Source: Deltaproteobacteria bacterium
GTDB taxonomy: Bacteria; JAGRBM01; JAHCIT01
DNA length: 64,000 nt
NCBI GenBank assembly: GCA_026129095.1
Contig: JAHCIT010000006.1
Location: 64,235-128,234, forward strand
Direction: 5' to 3'
This document shows, in pieces, positions 9,267 through 19,289 of the stretch. Each line of letters starts with the position of its first letter. Position 1 is the stretch's first letter. Both the position numbers and the translations under genes were made by a program. A model generated the notes under the pieces. The model did not search any database. It saw nothing but the letters and a program-made list of their open reading frames with translations, and had not been told where the DNA came from.

Positions 9267-11105
9267 CTATTCCGCCGCCTGTGCTGCGGCAGCTTCCCTG
9301 TCGGCGGCGCGAAGGATGGCCAGTTCCTCATCGGAGACAGTGCCCTTGCGACGGATCGGGAGCGCAGTGGCACGGGTCCGTTCCAGCACTTTCCGGAGCC
9401 GGTCGGTCACTTCCTGTTCCTGCTTCTGGTTCAATTCGAGCAGGAGCCGCAGTGCCTCGCCCACCAGCGGGATGTATTTCTGCATGTAGCTGCGCTTGGC
9501 GAACTCGTCGGCCGTGCGGCGCTGGCCGCTCACGTAGAGCTTGAGGCGGCGTCCGCATTCCTGGATGGCGAGCTTGATCTCCTTGATGATCTCGTCGTAG
9601 TGGGCGATCGCTTCCTTCGATTCGCTGGTGAACGGTACCCACACGCTGGCCATGTGGACCATCACAACGAATGGGCCGGTGGGCAGGGCGCCACGCGATT
9701 GCTGCAGGCCGTACGATTTCCAGTCGGTCGTCAGCACGGAACGATGAATGGCGCAGGCACCCTGCTGGTACTGGAGCGGCACCCGGTTGGCGAACCGGAA
9801 CACGTCGCAGAGTTCATCGGCCGGCAGGTCGCCGCCATAGGCGAGCCCCACCTCGATCTGGAAGGGATTTCCCCGGTAGACGACGGGCTTGCGCGTCGTC
9901 GAAGTGACGAACGCCGCCTTGAACCTCGCCTTGAGGCTGGCTTCCAGGCGGGCCTCGCCGATGGGGGAAAGGCAGTTCGACGGCGGCGCCATGATCTTCA
10001 CGGTCTGCATCGCCTTGTAAAGCGCCTCGATGTCGTGGGCGGTCAGGTTACGGGGTTTCGCCGAGGGCTTTACCTTCGCCATCTGGCAGATTTCCTCGGC
10101 GATCATGTCCGACACCCGGGAGAAATCGCCCTTGAGCGCCGACTTCACTGTATGCCCGGATGTGTCCTGGAGCATCTTGATGAGCATGCCGAGTTCGACC
10201 CCGTGCGGATGGGGCTTGATCTCCAGCGCCTCGACCGGGAGTTCCTCGGATGCACGCTCGTAGATCACCGCCTCGCCCGCGGGCGGACGGAAGATGATCC
10301 GGGCATGGGGGTTCGAAACCGCGGTGAGCATCAGGTACTCGTCCACCGACCGCTTGCCCTTCTTGTAAAGGCCGGAGAGTTCCAGCTCCACGCGTGTTCC
10401 GTGGGGCTTTTCATACTTCTCGTCCACCGTCTCGTTCGACATTTCCGGCTGGTTGAGGCGCGTATTCAGCGTGATGTCCAGCGCCACCGCCGGACGGCCT
10501 TTCCCGGTGCGCGACACCACGTGAACCGGCTTGCCGGTCGTCAGTTGCGCGTACATGCCTGCTGCCGATATCCCGATTCCCTGCTGGCCCCGGCTCTGCT
10601 TCAGCCGGTGGAACTTGGAACCGTACAGCAGCTTTCCGAACACCTTGGGGATCTGTGGCTTGGGTATGCCGGGGCCGTTGTCGTCAATGGCAATCCGGTA
10701 CCGGCCTTCGGAAATTTCCCTGATGGCGACCTCGATTTCCGGCAGGATCCCGGCTTCCTCGCAGGCGTCGAGCGCGTTGTCGACCGCCTCCTTGATCGCC
10801 GTGAGCATCGCCTTCTGGGGATTGTCGAAACCGAGCAGATGGCGGTTCTTCGTGAAGAACTCGGAGACCGATATCTCCCGCTGCTTCTTCGCCATGTCCT
10901 CGGCCGAGGCGCGACGCTGCGGACGCTTCGGCTCAGGCGCGGTGGAAGGCTTTTCAGCCAGTGCTTTTGCGGGTTTCGTGGGCACCGGTTTCGCCGGTGA
11001 TTCCGCCACTGCCATCAGATCGAGCTGGGAACTCGCCTTGGAGGGCTTTGCTTTGCGGGCCATGACGTACACAACTTCCGGACCCGGCGCGCCCCCACTC
11101 ACCAA
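9267..11105 (-). CDS. top6B: DNA topoisomerase VI subunit B (GHKL ATPase + transducer)
   Basis: EFFTKNRHLLGFDNPQKAMLTAIKEAVDNALDA...GILPEIEVAI...YRIAIDDNGPGIP...VFGKLLYGSKFH...QSRGQQGIGISAAGMYAQL matches the Top6B Bergerat-fold motifs. The segment GPFVVMVHMASVWVPFTSESKEAIA matches the transducer domain. The N-terminus is a basic, low-complexity tail. Confidence 0.75.
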   Translation of the reverse strand: MVSGGAPGPEVVYVMARKAKPSKASSQLDLMAVAESPAKPVPTKPAKALAEKPSTAPEPKRPQRRASAEDMAKKQREISVSEFFTKNRHLLGFDNPQKAMLTAIKEAVDNALDACEEAGILPEIEVAIREISEGRYRIAIDDNGPGIPKPQIPKVFGKLLYGSKFHRLKQSRGQQGIGISAAGMYAQLTTGKPVHVVSRTGKGRPAVALDITLNTRLNQPEMSNETVDEKYEKPHGTRVELELSGLYKKGKRSVDEYLMLTAVSNPHARIIFRPPAGEAVIYERASEELPVEALEIKPHPHGVELGMLIKMLQDTSGHTVKSALKGDFSRVSDMIAEEICQMAKVKPSAKPRNLTAHDIEALYKAMQTVKIMAPPSNCLSPIGEARLEASLKARFKAAFVTSTTRKPVVYRGNPFQIEVGLAYGGDLPADELCDVFRFANRVPLQYQQGACAIHRSVLTTDWKSYGLQQSRGALPTGPFVVMVHMASVWVPFTSESKEAIAHYDEIIKEIKLAIQECGRRLKLYVSGQRRTADEFAKRSYMQKYIPLVGEALRLLLELNQKQEQEVTDRLRKVLERTRATALPIRRKGTVSDEELAILRAADREAAAAQAAE

Positions 11106-11218
11106 CAGTCAAAACGCCGGAGTCTCCAACGGTCAGGAGTGACTATCTTGCACAAAAATGGCCCTGAGGTCCACTGCACAACCCTCCGCTTGGGCGCGGG
11201 TTCCGGACGTGCAGCAGT

Positions 11219-11596
11219 TCACCCGCCGCCTTCTTCGGGTGCCTCGCCATCGAATGCCTCGGCCAGTTCGCGCTCGGTGGCCGTGGCGTAATCGAGTCCG
11301 AAGGCATCGTGCCAGAACTGGACGCTGTGTTTTTTCCCGATCAGGCGGGCCACGTCAAAAACCGAATCGGCACTGTCGTCGTTATCATCATCAAAACTGA
11401 AGCGGATGTGGAGCTCGACCGCCGTTTCCCCGCGAAGCTCCTTCGCATGGGAAAGATCAATGACCGCGCCGGTATGCAGTTCCACTTTAAACTCATCGCC
11501 GCTCGGCCTGGCACGCGGATAGTTGCGTATATCCTCGACGATCTCGCGCCAGCGGATCTCGGCGCCCGGCTGACGCACGCGAATGGTATAGAGCAT
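11219..11596 (-). CDS. Hypothetical acidic protein
   Basis: A 125-aa ORF lies upstream of top6B on the same strand. No motif was recognised. Confidence 0.4.
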   Translation of the reverse strand: MLYTIRVRQPGAEIRWREIVEDIRNYPRARPSGDEFKVELHTGAVIDLSHAKELRGETAVELHIRFSFDDDNDDSADSVFDVARLIGKKHSVQFWHDAFGLDYATATERELAEAFDGEAPEEGGG

Positions 11597-11624
11597 GAGC
11601 GTCCCTCCGCGCCCCTGCGGCCCT

Positions 11625-12233
11625 TTAACGGCCGCCGGTCGACAGCCCCTTCTTCAGTTCCAGAAGCCGCTGTTTTTCCTCGACGGTGAGCGATTCGTCA
11701 CTGAAGTTCCGTGACATCATCTCGTCCAGATAGCGGTCGTAATCCTCGTTCTTGCGCTGCATGCGGGCCAGCTCGGTTGCTATCTCCACGCTCTTCACCC
11801 GTATTTCCGCATGATACGGATAGAGATAGAGTGCCATGGACGTTTTGGCATCCTCCCACAGATAGCGTTTCGCGCCATCCTTTTCGTCCTGGCTGATTGG
11901 CTGTCCGTAGCGGGCGGTAAAGGACGAATACATCTGCTGGTTGACATCCTTGCTGGTCAGTTTCACCCGGATGTAGAAAAGCTTTCCCTGAAACAGCCGG
12001 TATTCACTGAACCCGTTATTCGGAAACGAGTAGCTCGTGTAAACGGTGATGTGCGGCTGAAACCGGTCCACGTCCTCGGCGAGGTTGCGTATCCGCTCGC
12101 GAAGGTCCTCGATCGTCATGCCCCACTGGGCCATCTGGAATCCTTCCGGAAGGCGGGAGGCATGCCCCGCAGCCGGGCACAGGACGCTCAGGGCAAGCGC
12201 CACAACGGCGCTTCTGGCAAGGGTGCGAAACAT
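11625..12233 (-). CDS. Hypothetical secreted protein
   Basis: The N-terminus MFRTLARSAVVALALSVLCPAAGHAS is a signal peptide. The ORF is 202 aa. Confidence 0.5.
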   Translation of the reverse strand: MFRTLARSAVVALALSVLCPAAGHASRLPEGFQMAQWGMTIEDLRERIRNLAEDVDRFQPHITVYTSYSFPNNGFSEYRLFQGKLFYIRVKLTSKDVNQQMYSSFTARYGQPISQDEKDGAKRYLWEDAKTSMALYLYPYHAEIRVKSVEIATELARMQRKNEDYDRYLDEMMSRNFSDESLTVEEKQRLLELKKGLSTGGR

Positions 12234-12400
12234 TATCTTTAATCTAATACCATGGTCCGGATTGGCCGGTCAAAACAGCGTTTATTCGGTCTTTATCAGG
12301 GCCAAATGCCCGGAATAACGCCGCTTGCGAAAACCGTGAAAAAGCCCCATATTCCGGGTGGACGCCGCACCCCCGGCGTGGGGCGACGTCCGGTAAAACC

Positions 12401-12679
12401 ATGAGCGACACCGGTTCCGCTGCACACTTTACCATCTACACCACCCCCATCTGCCCGTTCTGCGTCAGTGCCAAGCGTCTGCTGACACAGCGTGGATACC
12501 GGTTCCGCGAGATATCGGCAGCCGACCCGGAAGTCCGGACGGAAATCTCCAGCCGGAGCGGCATGCGTACCGTGCCGGTGATCTACCTTGGAGACCGGCT
12601 GATTGGCGGGTACATGGAACTGGCCGAACTGGACCAGAAGGGCGAACTGGCGAAACTGTTGGCTAGCCCGGCGGAATGA
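12401..12679 (+). CDS. grxC: Glutaredoxin
   Basis: It has the CPFC active site (TPICPFCVSAKRLL), the TVP motif and a GGY motif, and is 92 aa. Confidence 0.85.
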   Translation: MSDTGSAAHFTIYTTPICPFCVSAKRLLTQRGYRFREISAADPEVRTEISSRSGMRTVPVIYLGDRLIGGYMELAELDQKGELAKLLASPAE

Positions 12680-12688
12680 CCCCGCCAG

Positions 12689-13730
12689 CTATGGCCGGGG
12701 AATGAACCTGACCGGCGGAGCGTCATCCGAATCCGGCTGCTCAGGCATCTCTTCACCGACGGTCTCTCCCTTTACATCCGGGGCATCCGTCAGCGGCAGC
12801 GGCTGCCTGTCTTCGTCTCCAGCCTCGCTGCCGGGGGCCGGTGCAGCCGGCGGAGACGTATCCGGCAGGCGCCAGTCAAAATAGCTGTACCGGATCTTGT
12901 AGTTTTCGGGATCGATCGCCATCCGTTCCTGCCGGTCCAGAAACGGCATGATGAACCTGAGCAGTATCTGAATGTCGCCGGCGTCTTCCTCTTCTTCCCA
13001 GCGGGAAACCGGACGGCTCTGGTGGACCGGAAGCGGTCCGCCCTCTTGAGTCATGATCCGTTCCCGGTCCCATAGCAGCACCGGCGAGAGAAACAGCGTC
13101 TTGTCAGGCCCTGACCGGTAGTAGTTCTCCCGCTGGCGGAAGAACGACTGAACCCGCCGGTCGAGATAACTGTCGAACCGCACACCGCCCGGCAGTTCGG
13201 CCGGAATCGGGGCGCCCGACCTTCCGCCGCGAGCGAGCACGAAAGGCCATCTGGGATCGGGGAACTCTTTCCAGAGCACATCGTTCTCAATCGACCTGAG
13301 CGTATGGCGTTCGCCACCGGCACGAATGGCCCGTGCCGTCCAGAAACCCGGCACGCGGCGTACCGAATCGGCATGGTCCCCGGGGTCGGGAGCGGCGCCC
13401 ACCGGCCGCACACGCTCCGGTGGATAGTGGTCGAGAATCGAGGCGACCAGAAGCCCATGGTACACACAGAACCAGTAGGCCTTGCGGTCCTCCACCGAAC
13501 GGTTGCGAAGCATCTCGGCATTCACGCGGGCAGCCTTGGAGAGAAACCGGTCGATCTGGTCCCTGCGGGCGAGAAGTTCCCGGAAGTTGATCCATCCCCG
13601 TTCGTCCACGAGTCCACGAAGTGCGCCGTTGTAGTCAGTACGGTCGAGAACGATCACCGACCCGCCGGCGGGCGGCGCCAGTGCGGCAAGGACTGCTGCC
13701 GTCAGGAACGCCGCTACTAGCGGCGTTCGA
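12689..13730 (-). CDS. DUF547 domain protein; the ORF runs to 13828 but the 5' end overlaps the TPR gene, so the true start is probably internal
   Basis: KAYWFCVYHGLLVASILDHYP resembles the DUF547 core (AFWINvYNal...). A hydrophobic N-terminal segment is present. Confidence 0.5.
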
Positions 13731-14967
13731 GTGCGCGCCCGGCCTTGCGCCGGTCGCGCCGGATCGTGCGGAGATAGAGGCGGCCGAACCAGACGAGCCC
13801 GGCCGCGATCAGGGCGTACAGGAACCACTGGTACAGTCTGACATACAGAACGAGCATGTCGAGCACGAGTACGAAATTGGGATCGATTTCGATCAGTTTC
13901 TTGTAGGACTGGATGGAACCCCGCAGATCGCCCATGTCTCTCAAGGTATAGGCGCGGCCCAGATGCGCCGGCCGGTAGTCCGGATGGCCGGCCAGCACCG
14001 CATCGAACGCCCGAAGGGCCTCTTCGAACTTCTTTTCCTTGTGATCGACCCAGGCAAGGTTGTTGCGGGCCTCCACGAACTCCGGATCAAGAACGAGTGC
14101 CTTCCGGAATGCCTCCCTGGCCGACATCAGCTTCCCCTGCTGGAACCGGGCGAAACCGAGTGAGGTCCACAGGCGGGGGTCTTCCGGCGATTTTTCGACC
14201 AGCACATGAAAATCGGCTTCGGCCAGCGCAAAGTCGCCGGTCACGAAAAGGCGCGACTCCCCCCGGAATGCACGAAGCACAACGTCGTCTGGCTGCGCCG
14301 CGATCTCCTCCTCAAGGAACCGGTATGCCTCATCGTCCCGCCGCTGGCTGAAATAGACCTGAGCGAGGGCGGTTCTGTACGAATTCTCGGCCGGATTTTT
14401 CGTGATCAGATCCTTGAGGAAGGAAATCCCCTCCTCCACTGAACCTGCCCGCACCTTCACTTCGGCATAGAGCAGGTGCCCCTTGGGATTGTCCGGCTCC
14501 AGCGCCAGCGCCTTTTTGGCCAGTTCGACAGCACCCGCCGGATTGTGGTTCGGACCCGGCGAGAGCCGGATAAATGCCTGCCGGTACAATTCGCGGGTTT
14601 CTTCCTGTTCGAGGAAGCCGAACCGGCCGCCGTCCGGCATGGCTACCCGTTCCAGCGACGAAGGGCTGGCGGACTGCTGGGCTGCCGCCTGGCCGGCAAG
14701 GGCCAGCACCACCACCGTCAGCTTGAACACCCGCCCCACATGCCGCATGATCGCTCCGCCCGGCCCCGCCGGAATCCGTCTCTCCGGAGCCCTGTTCATG
14801 TCCGCCGATACGCCCCCCCCTGCCCGGACGTCCGGGGACGATCCGCTCGAAAAGGCGGAACGGTTATCGGCGGAACTGTGCACGGTGCTCAAACTGCTGC
14901 CTCCAGCCGAACAACTCCTAGTCCTTCGTTCTCTCTCGGACAAGATCGATTCGACCGTTCCGCTCAC
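13717..14967 (-). CDS. TPR repeat protein with C-terminal membrane anchor
   Basis: Multiple 34-aa A/L/Y-rich repeats are present (for example ALRAFDAVLAGHPDYRPAHLGRAYTL). The C-terminus has a hydrophobic helix. Confidence 0.65.
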   Translation of the reverse strand: MSGTVESILSERERRTRSCSAGGSSLSTVHSSADNRSAFSSGSSPDVRAGGGVSADMNRAPERRIPAGPGGAIMRHVGRVFKLTVVVLALAGQAAAQQSASPSSLERVAMPDGGRFGFLEQEETRELYRQAFIRLSPGPNHNPAGAVELAKKALALEPDNPKGHLLYAEVKVRAGSVEEGISFLKDLITKNPAENSYRTALAQVYFSQRRDDEAYRFLEEEIAAQPDDVVLRAFRGESRLFVTGDFALAEADFHVLVEKSPEDPRLWTSLGFARFQQGKLMSAREAFRKALVLDPEFVEARNNLAWVDHKEKKFEEALRAFDAVLAGHPDYRPAHLGRAYTLRDMGDLRGSIQSYKKLIEIDPNFVLVLDMLVLYVRLYQWFLYALIAAGLVWFGRLYLRTIRRDRRKAGRALERR

Positions 14968-15229
14968 CCGCCATGAACAACGGCGGAACCGGCTGGCGCT
15001 GGTTTTTGCCGTTTTTCTGACCGTTGCGGGCGCCGCCCTCTATGGCGTGGAACGGATGAAGGGAACCAACGGGATGACCGGCGGGACCGTCATGCTTCTG
15101 GGGCTCATCCTGCTTGCCGGAGCTCTGTCACCCTATCTGGTGCGGCTTCTCCGCAAGCCGTAGCCATATTCGGTCCCCGTTGCAGTTTTTCTCTGGACGA
15201 GCCCGAAACGGGGCCTATACTCGCGGCCG

Positions 15230-16381
15230 ATGGAATTCATTCACCAGAACCTTTACTGGATCGTCCCGCTCGCACTCGCTCTCGGCTTTCTGGCGGCCGC
15301 CTTCATCTGGAAACGTCTTCCGCCGCCGGAAGTTTCCTCGCCCGGACAGGAGATTCCGCCGCCTGAACAGCCAGATGCGGAAACAGTTCCGGCTGTGCCC
15401 GCACCCGCCGCTCCTCCGGCCCTGCCGCCATCTCCAGCTACGGAACCCGAGCCTTCCGCGCCCGAGCGGGAAGAACCCGCAACACCGGATTACGACGGCG
15501 GGCTCAAGCGCACGCGCGGTATTTTCGCACGGCTCCGGTCCATACTCGCCGGACAGCCGGCCATCGGGCCATCCACCTGGGACGACCTCGAGGAACTGCT
15601 CATTACCGCGGACATCGGCGTCAAGACGACCGAGGCCCTGATCTCCCAGGTCCGGGCGAAGAAACCCAAGGACCCCGATGCTGTCCGGCAGGAACTTCGC
15701 GTCGCCATCCTGAAAATCCTGGAAACGGTGGAACATGCCGATCCGGTGCAAACCGGCCTGAAGCCACGCGTGGTGATGATCGCCGGCGTCAACGGTGTCG
15801 GGAAAACCACGACTATCGGCAAGATAGCGCACCACTACCGCAAGGCCGGTCTCAGCCTGATGCTCGGCGCGGCCGACACCTTCCGGGCGGCGGCCGTGGA
15901 TCAGCTGGATGTCTGGTGCCAGCGCACCGGCGCGGAAATCGTCCGTGGCAGGGAGAATGCCGATCCGTCCGGCGTCGCCTACGAATCGGTCGAGCAGGCA
16001 AAAAAGCGGGGCATGGATGTGCTTATCGTTGACACTGCCGGGCGGCTGCACACGGCCACGAACCTGATGGAAGAGCTCAAGAAGGTGAAGCGGGTGATCG
16101 GCAAGGCGATGGAAGGCGCCCCTCACGAGGTCTGGCTGGTCGTGGACGGCACCACTGGACAGAACGCCATCAGCCAGGTCCGGGAGTTCCACCAGGCGCT
16201 TGCCCTCACCGGCCTGATCGTCACCAAACTCGATGGAACCTCCAAGGGCGGAGCGCTCATCTCGATCGTCAACGAGTTCAGGCTCCCGGTCCGCTATATC
16301 GGTGTCGGCGAGCGGCTCGCCGACCTGACGCCCTTCGATCCCGGCCGGTTCGTCAGTGAAATCTTCCGCGAGGGCGAATAA
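15230..16381 (+). CDS. ftsY: Signal recognition particle receptor FtsY
   Basis: The NG domain motifs GVNGVGKTTTIGKIA and DTAGRLH are present. The N-terminus is a membrane anchor followed by a Pro/Glu-rich linker. Confidence 0.9.
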   Translation: MEFIHQNLYWIVPLALALGFLAAAFIWKRLPPPEVSSPGQEIPPPEQPDAETVPAVPAPAAPPALPPSPATEPEPSAPEREEPATPDYDGGLKRTRGIFARLRSILAGQPAIGPSTWDDLEELLITADIGVKTTEALISQVRAKKPKDPDAVRQELRVAILKILETVEHADPVQTGLKPRVVMIAGVNGVGKTTTIGKIAHHYRKAGLSLMLGAADTFRAAAVDQLDVWCQRTGAEIVRGRENADPSGVAYESVEQAKKRGMDVLIVDTAGRLHTATNLMEELKKVKRVIGKAMEGAPHEVWLVVDGTTGQNAISQVREFHQALALTGLIVTKLDGTSKGGALISIVNEFRLPVRYIGVGERLADLTPFDPGRFVSEIFREGE

Positions 16382-16393
16382 CTCCCGGTTCCG

Positions 16394-17329
16394 TTGCCCG
16401 TCCCGGCGTCCGGGCGTATTCTTGAGGCCGCGATGCTCCGCTGGCTCTTTATTATCGGCATGTCACTGGTCGCCCTCGGCATGGGAGTGCTGCTGCTGGC
16501 GGCCTTTTCGCGGGCACTGCGCCGGGTGGTCCGGCGCCGCTACGAGACGTCCCTTCCCGACCGGATGGAGCAGTACGCCGCCGGTTGCGTTCGGGGAGCG
16601 CGGCTGTTCGAGCACCGGCTGGACTACAGCATCGAATCGCTCGACCTGATCGACAACGAGATCGAAACCCATTTTCACGATTCGCCCGATACCGAGCCGT
16701 TCGTGGCGGGCTACAGCTCCTACCTGGGGCTGGTACTGATCCGCAATCTCGGTGGCCGATGGGATCTGGACCCCCGTGCCGGCCCCGTGGTGATGGATGC
16801 CGGATGGGTGAAGGGCCTCCGGGTGCGGGTATTCGATGCGGTCCGGGCGAAGTTTGGCCAGCGTGCGGGATTCAGGCTGGCATCCCTCCCGGCACTGGTT
16901 TCCGAGCCGCCGGGCGAATGGCCGGGCGAAACCCCCGACTATGGAAGCCCCGACCTGTTCGTGCAGCATCTGGCCGGAGCCGATGCACAGACACTTCTGG
17001 GCGCCGTGCGGATCGAGGCAGAGCGGGCAGCACAGGCCCTTGGCCTTGATCTTGGCGGGCCGGTCCAGGCGATTCACGATGCCCTGAGGATGCAACTCGC
17101 CCGTCAGCGGTTCGTGGACCGGATGACCAAGGGCGCCTTGCTCCAGCTCTCCTGCCTGTGGGCTGAACTGGTACGCCGCATCTATCCCGGCTCCAGCTAC
17201 CGGCTGGTGGATGTTCCCAGCGTGGGGAAGATACTGCTGCTCGACCGGGGTGTTTCAAAGGAAGGCCGGGCACCGTTCGTGGAAGTTCACTCCTACTGGT
17301 GGAATCCCGGCCGGTCGCTCGAGCTGTAA
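16394..17329 (+). CDS. Hypothetical membrane-anchored protein
   Basis: The N-terminal TM helix is LFIIGMSLVALGMGVLLLAAF. The ORF is 311 aa with no recognised motif. Confidence 0.45.
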   Translation: MPVPASGRILEAAMLRWLFIIGMSLVALGMGVLLLAAFSRALRRVVRRRYETSLPDRMEQYAAGCVRGARLFEHRLDYSIESLDLIDNEIETHFHDSPDTEPFVAGYSSYLGLVLIRNLGGRWDLDPRAGPVVMDAGWVKGLRVRVFDAVRAKFGQRAGFRLASLPALVSEPPGEWPGETPDYGSPDLFVQHLAGADAQTLLGAVRIEAERAAQALGLDLGGPVQAIHDALRMQLARQRFVDRMTKGALLQLSCLWAELVRRIYPGSSYRLVDVPSVGKILLLDRGVSKEGRAPFVEVHSYWWNPGRSLEL

Positions 17330-18186
17330 GGGAAATGGCTCACCAGAAACCGAAGGATAAGGATCCCCTCGACCGGCTGCTGTTCTGGCGGCGGCTCCGC
17401 CCGCGCCCCGATGCAAGCATGACCGAGGCCGAAGCCCGCATGGCCGGCGTAATCCCGCCCGATGGCTGGAAGCGGCCGGCCTATGCGTTTCCCGAACGGG
17501 CCATGTCCACGTTCGCGTGGGGACGGCTCGCGGCTTTTGTGGCCCGGTCCCGCCGCCGCAATGACAGCGGCAGCAGCGCGCCGGGACTCGAACGCTCCCG
17601 CGCCTTCTGCCGCGGGGCGCTCGAAGCCCTCGATATTGACCTGAAAGTGAGCGGCACCTCCCGGCTGCCGCCTACGGAAACCGGCATCCTGTTCATGTGG
17701 AACCAGACCAGCCACCTGGACCACCTGATCCTGGGAGCTGTCGTGGACCGGCCGGTAAGGAGTCTCTACAACGTCGAGCTGGCGAAAGTCCCCGTCTACG
17801 GTCCCTGGCTTCGCAAACAGGGGCACTACCTCGTGGACCGGTACAACGAGGAACAGTGGCGGGAGTCCATCTCCCGCGCCGCTACCGATGTGCGCGAGAA
17901 GGGGGTTTCCATCCTGATCTCCCCCGAAGGCACCCGGAGCTGGGACGGCAGGCTGCTCCCGATGAAACGCGGCGCTTTTATCCTCGCCATCGAATCGGGA
18001 GCGCCAATCGTGCCCATTATCATCCGGGGCGCACACCGCGCCCTTCCCCGGACGAGCGGCATCATCCGGCCGGGAACGATTGAGGTCGAGTTCGGCCCAC
18101 TGGTCGATCCACGGCCCTTCACCCAGGAAACCCGATCCCGGCTCAAGGCCCAGGTGGCGGAAATTCTGCGGCGCGGAGAGCCCTGA
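17299..18186 (+). CDS. Lysophospholipid (1-acyl-glycerol-3-phosphate) acyltransferase family protein
   Basis: The acyltransferase motifs are the NQTSHLDH box and PEGTRS. Confidence 0.7.
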   Translation: MESRPVARAVREMAHQKPKDKDPLDRLLFWRRLRPRPDASMTEAEARMAGVIPPDGWKRPAYAFPERAMSTFAWGRLAAFVARSRRRNDSGSSAPGLERSRAFCRGALEALDIDLKVSGTSRLPPTETGILFMWNQTSHLDHLILGAVVDRPVRSLYNVELAKVPVYGPWLRKQGHYLVDRYNEEQWRESISRAATDVREKGVSILISPEGTRSWDGRLLPMKRGAFILAIESGAPIVPIIIRGAHRALPRTSGIIRPGTIEVEFGPLVDPRPFTQETRSRLKAQVAEILRRGEP

Positions 18187-18213
18187 CGCCCACCGCCCGT
18201 GCTATACCCCTCC

Positions 18214-19261
18214 TGTGGCGCGCAAGCAGAAATCCGCCGGCAAGTCGGCCTGGGGCGATGATGTCACCCGCTACTTCTTCGACCTCGGCCCCGATGAAGT
18301 CCTGAAGGCCGTCGAAGACGCGGGCTATGAATGCACCGGACTCTGCTACGCGCTGAACAGCTACGAAAACCGTGTCTATGAAGTCGAAATCGAACCGGTC
18401 CGGAACGGCCCTCCGTCCACGCTCGCCCAGCCCAGGCGCCGGGTGGTGAAGTTCTACCGGCCGGGCCGCTGGACACCGGACCAGATACGGGAAGAACACC
18501 AGTTCATCGCCGATCTGGCGGGGTCTGAAGTCCCCGCTGTCAGTCCGGTTCCGTTCCCGGACGGCTCCACCCTGCGCGAAGTGCCCAGCGGCGGAATCTG
18601 GTACACGGTCTTTCCCAAGATCGGCGGCCGCATTCCCGACGAGCTGGACCGGCCCATGCTCCGGCGAGTGGGGAGGCTCCTTGGCCGGCTGCACATGGCC
18701 GGCGCCGCCCGGCCGGCCCGCCACCGGATACGGCTGACACCGGAAACCTACGGGCTGGCCAATCTGGAATTCCTGCTGTCGGGCGGCTGGTTCCCGGCCG
18801 AGCAGAGAGATTTCTTCGAACGGGTCATCCGGGAAATCTGCAGCATCGCCGACGGACTTTTCGACGGCGTTTCCATGATCCGTACCCACGGGGACTGTCA
18901 CCGGGGGAACCTGCTGGTGAACGGCGAACAGATGTTCCTCGTGGATTTCGACGACATGGTGACCGCGCCGCCCGTGCAGGATTTGTGGCTGCTGCTTCCC
19001 GGCAGCGGCGAGGAAGTCCGGGACGATCTGGAAGAGATGCTTGAGGGCTATGACGAAATGAACCGTTTCGACCGCAGGACACTTCACCTTATCGAGCCGC
19101 TCCGGGCCCTCCGGATGATCCACTTCGCCGCCTGGATCGCCCGGAGATGGCAGGATCCGGTGTTTCCGCGCACGTTCGTCCAGTTCAACACGCCTCGCTA
19201 CTGGAACGAACTGGCGAACGACCTCGCCGAGCAGCTCGCCCGGATCAAGGAAATCCCCTGA
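18214..19261 (+). CDS. srkA: Stress-response Ser/Thr kinase of the SrkA/RdoA (YihE) aminoglycoside-phosphotransferase-like family; the ORF is listed from 18080, and the start given is inferred
   Basis: LNSYENRVYEV and HGDCHRGNLLVNGEQMFLVDFDDM match the YihE/RdoA signature. Confidence 0.65.
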
Positions 19262-19289
19262 CGCCGGGAACGATGCCCGGTCCTTCCGG

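Noticed and set aside
8249-9373. A 374-aa minus-strand ORF overlapping the B12-radical SAM gene
   Set aside because: It is an antisense frame in a GC-rich gene. The + strand ORF has clear radical SAM motifs and this one has none.
9600-11000. A 466-aa + strand ORF overlapping top6B
   Set aside because: It is an antisense shadow of a gene with strong Top6B motifs. Its composition is Arg/Gly/Leu-rich, typical of GC-rich antisense frames.
12330-12400. GC-rich imperfect palindrome ggacgccgcacccccggcgtggggcgacgtcc upstream of grx as a terminator
   Set aside because: The arms are imperfectly complementary and there is no downstream T-run. The upstream minus-strand gene ends about 700 bp away, so a terminator role is unsupported.
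14483-15163. A 226-aa + ORF overlapping the TPR gene by about 480 bp
   Set aside because: Most of it is antisense to the TPR gene. Only the last ~120 codons (~14798-15163, a small two-TM protein) could be real, and the evidence is too weak to call.
17299-18186. Two PlsC-family acyltransferases in one window (17299-18186 and 56539-57381) as a duplication linked to the island
   Set aside because: The two proteins are quite different in sequence and both lie in the backbone outside the att repeats. They are probably ordinary paralogues with different lipid substrates.
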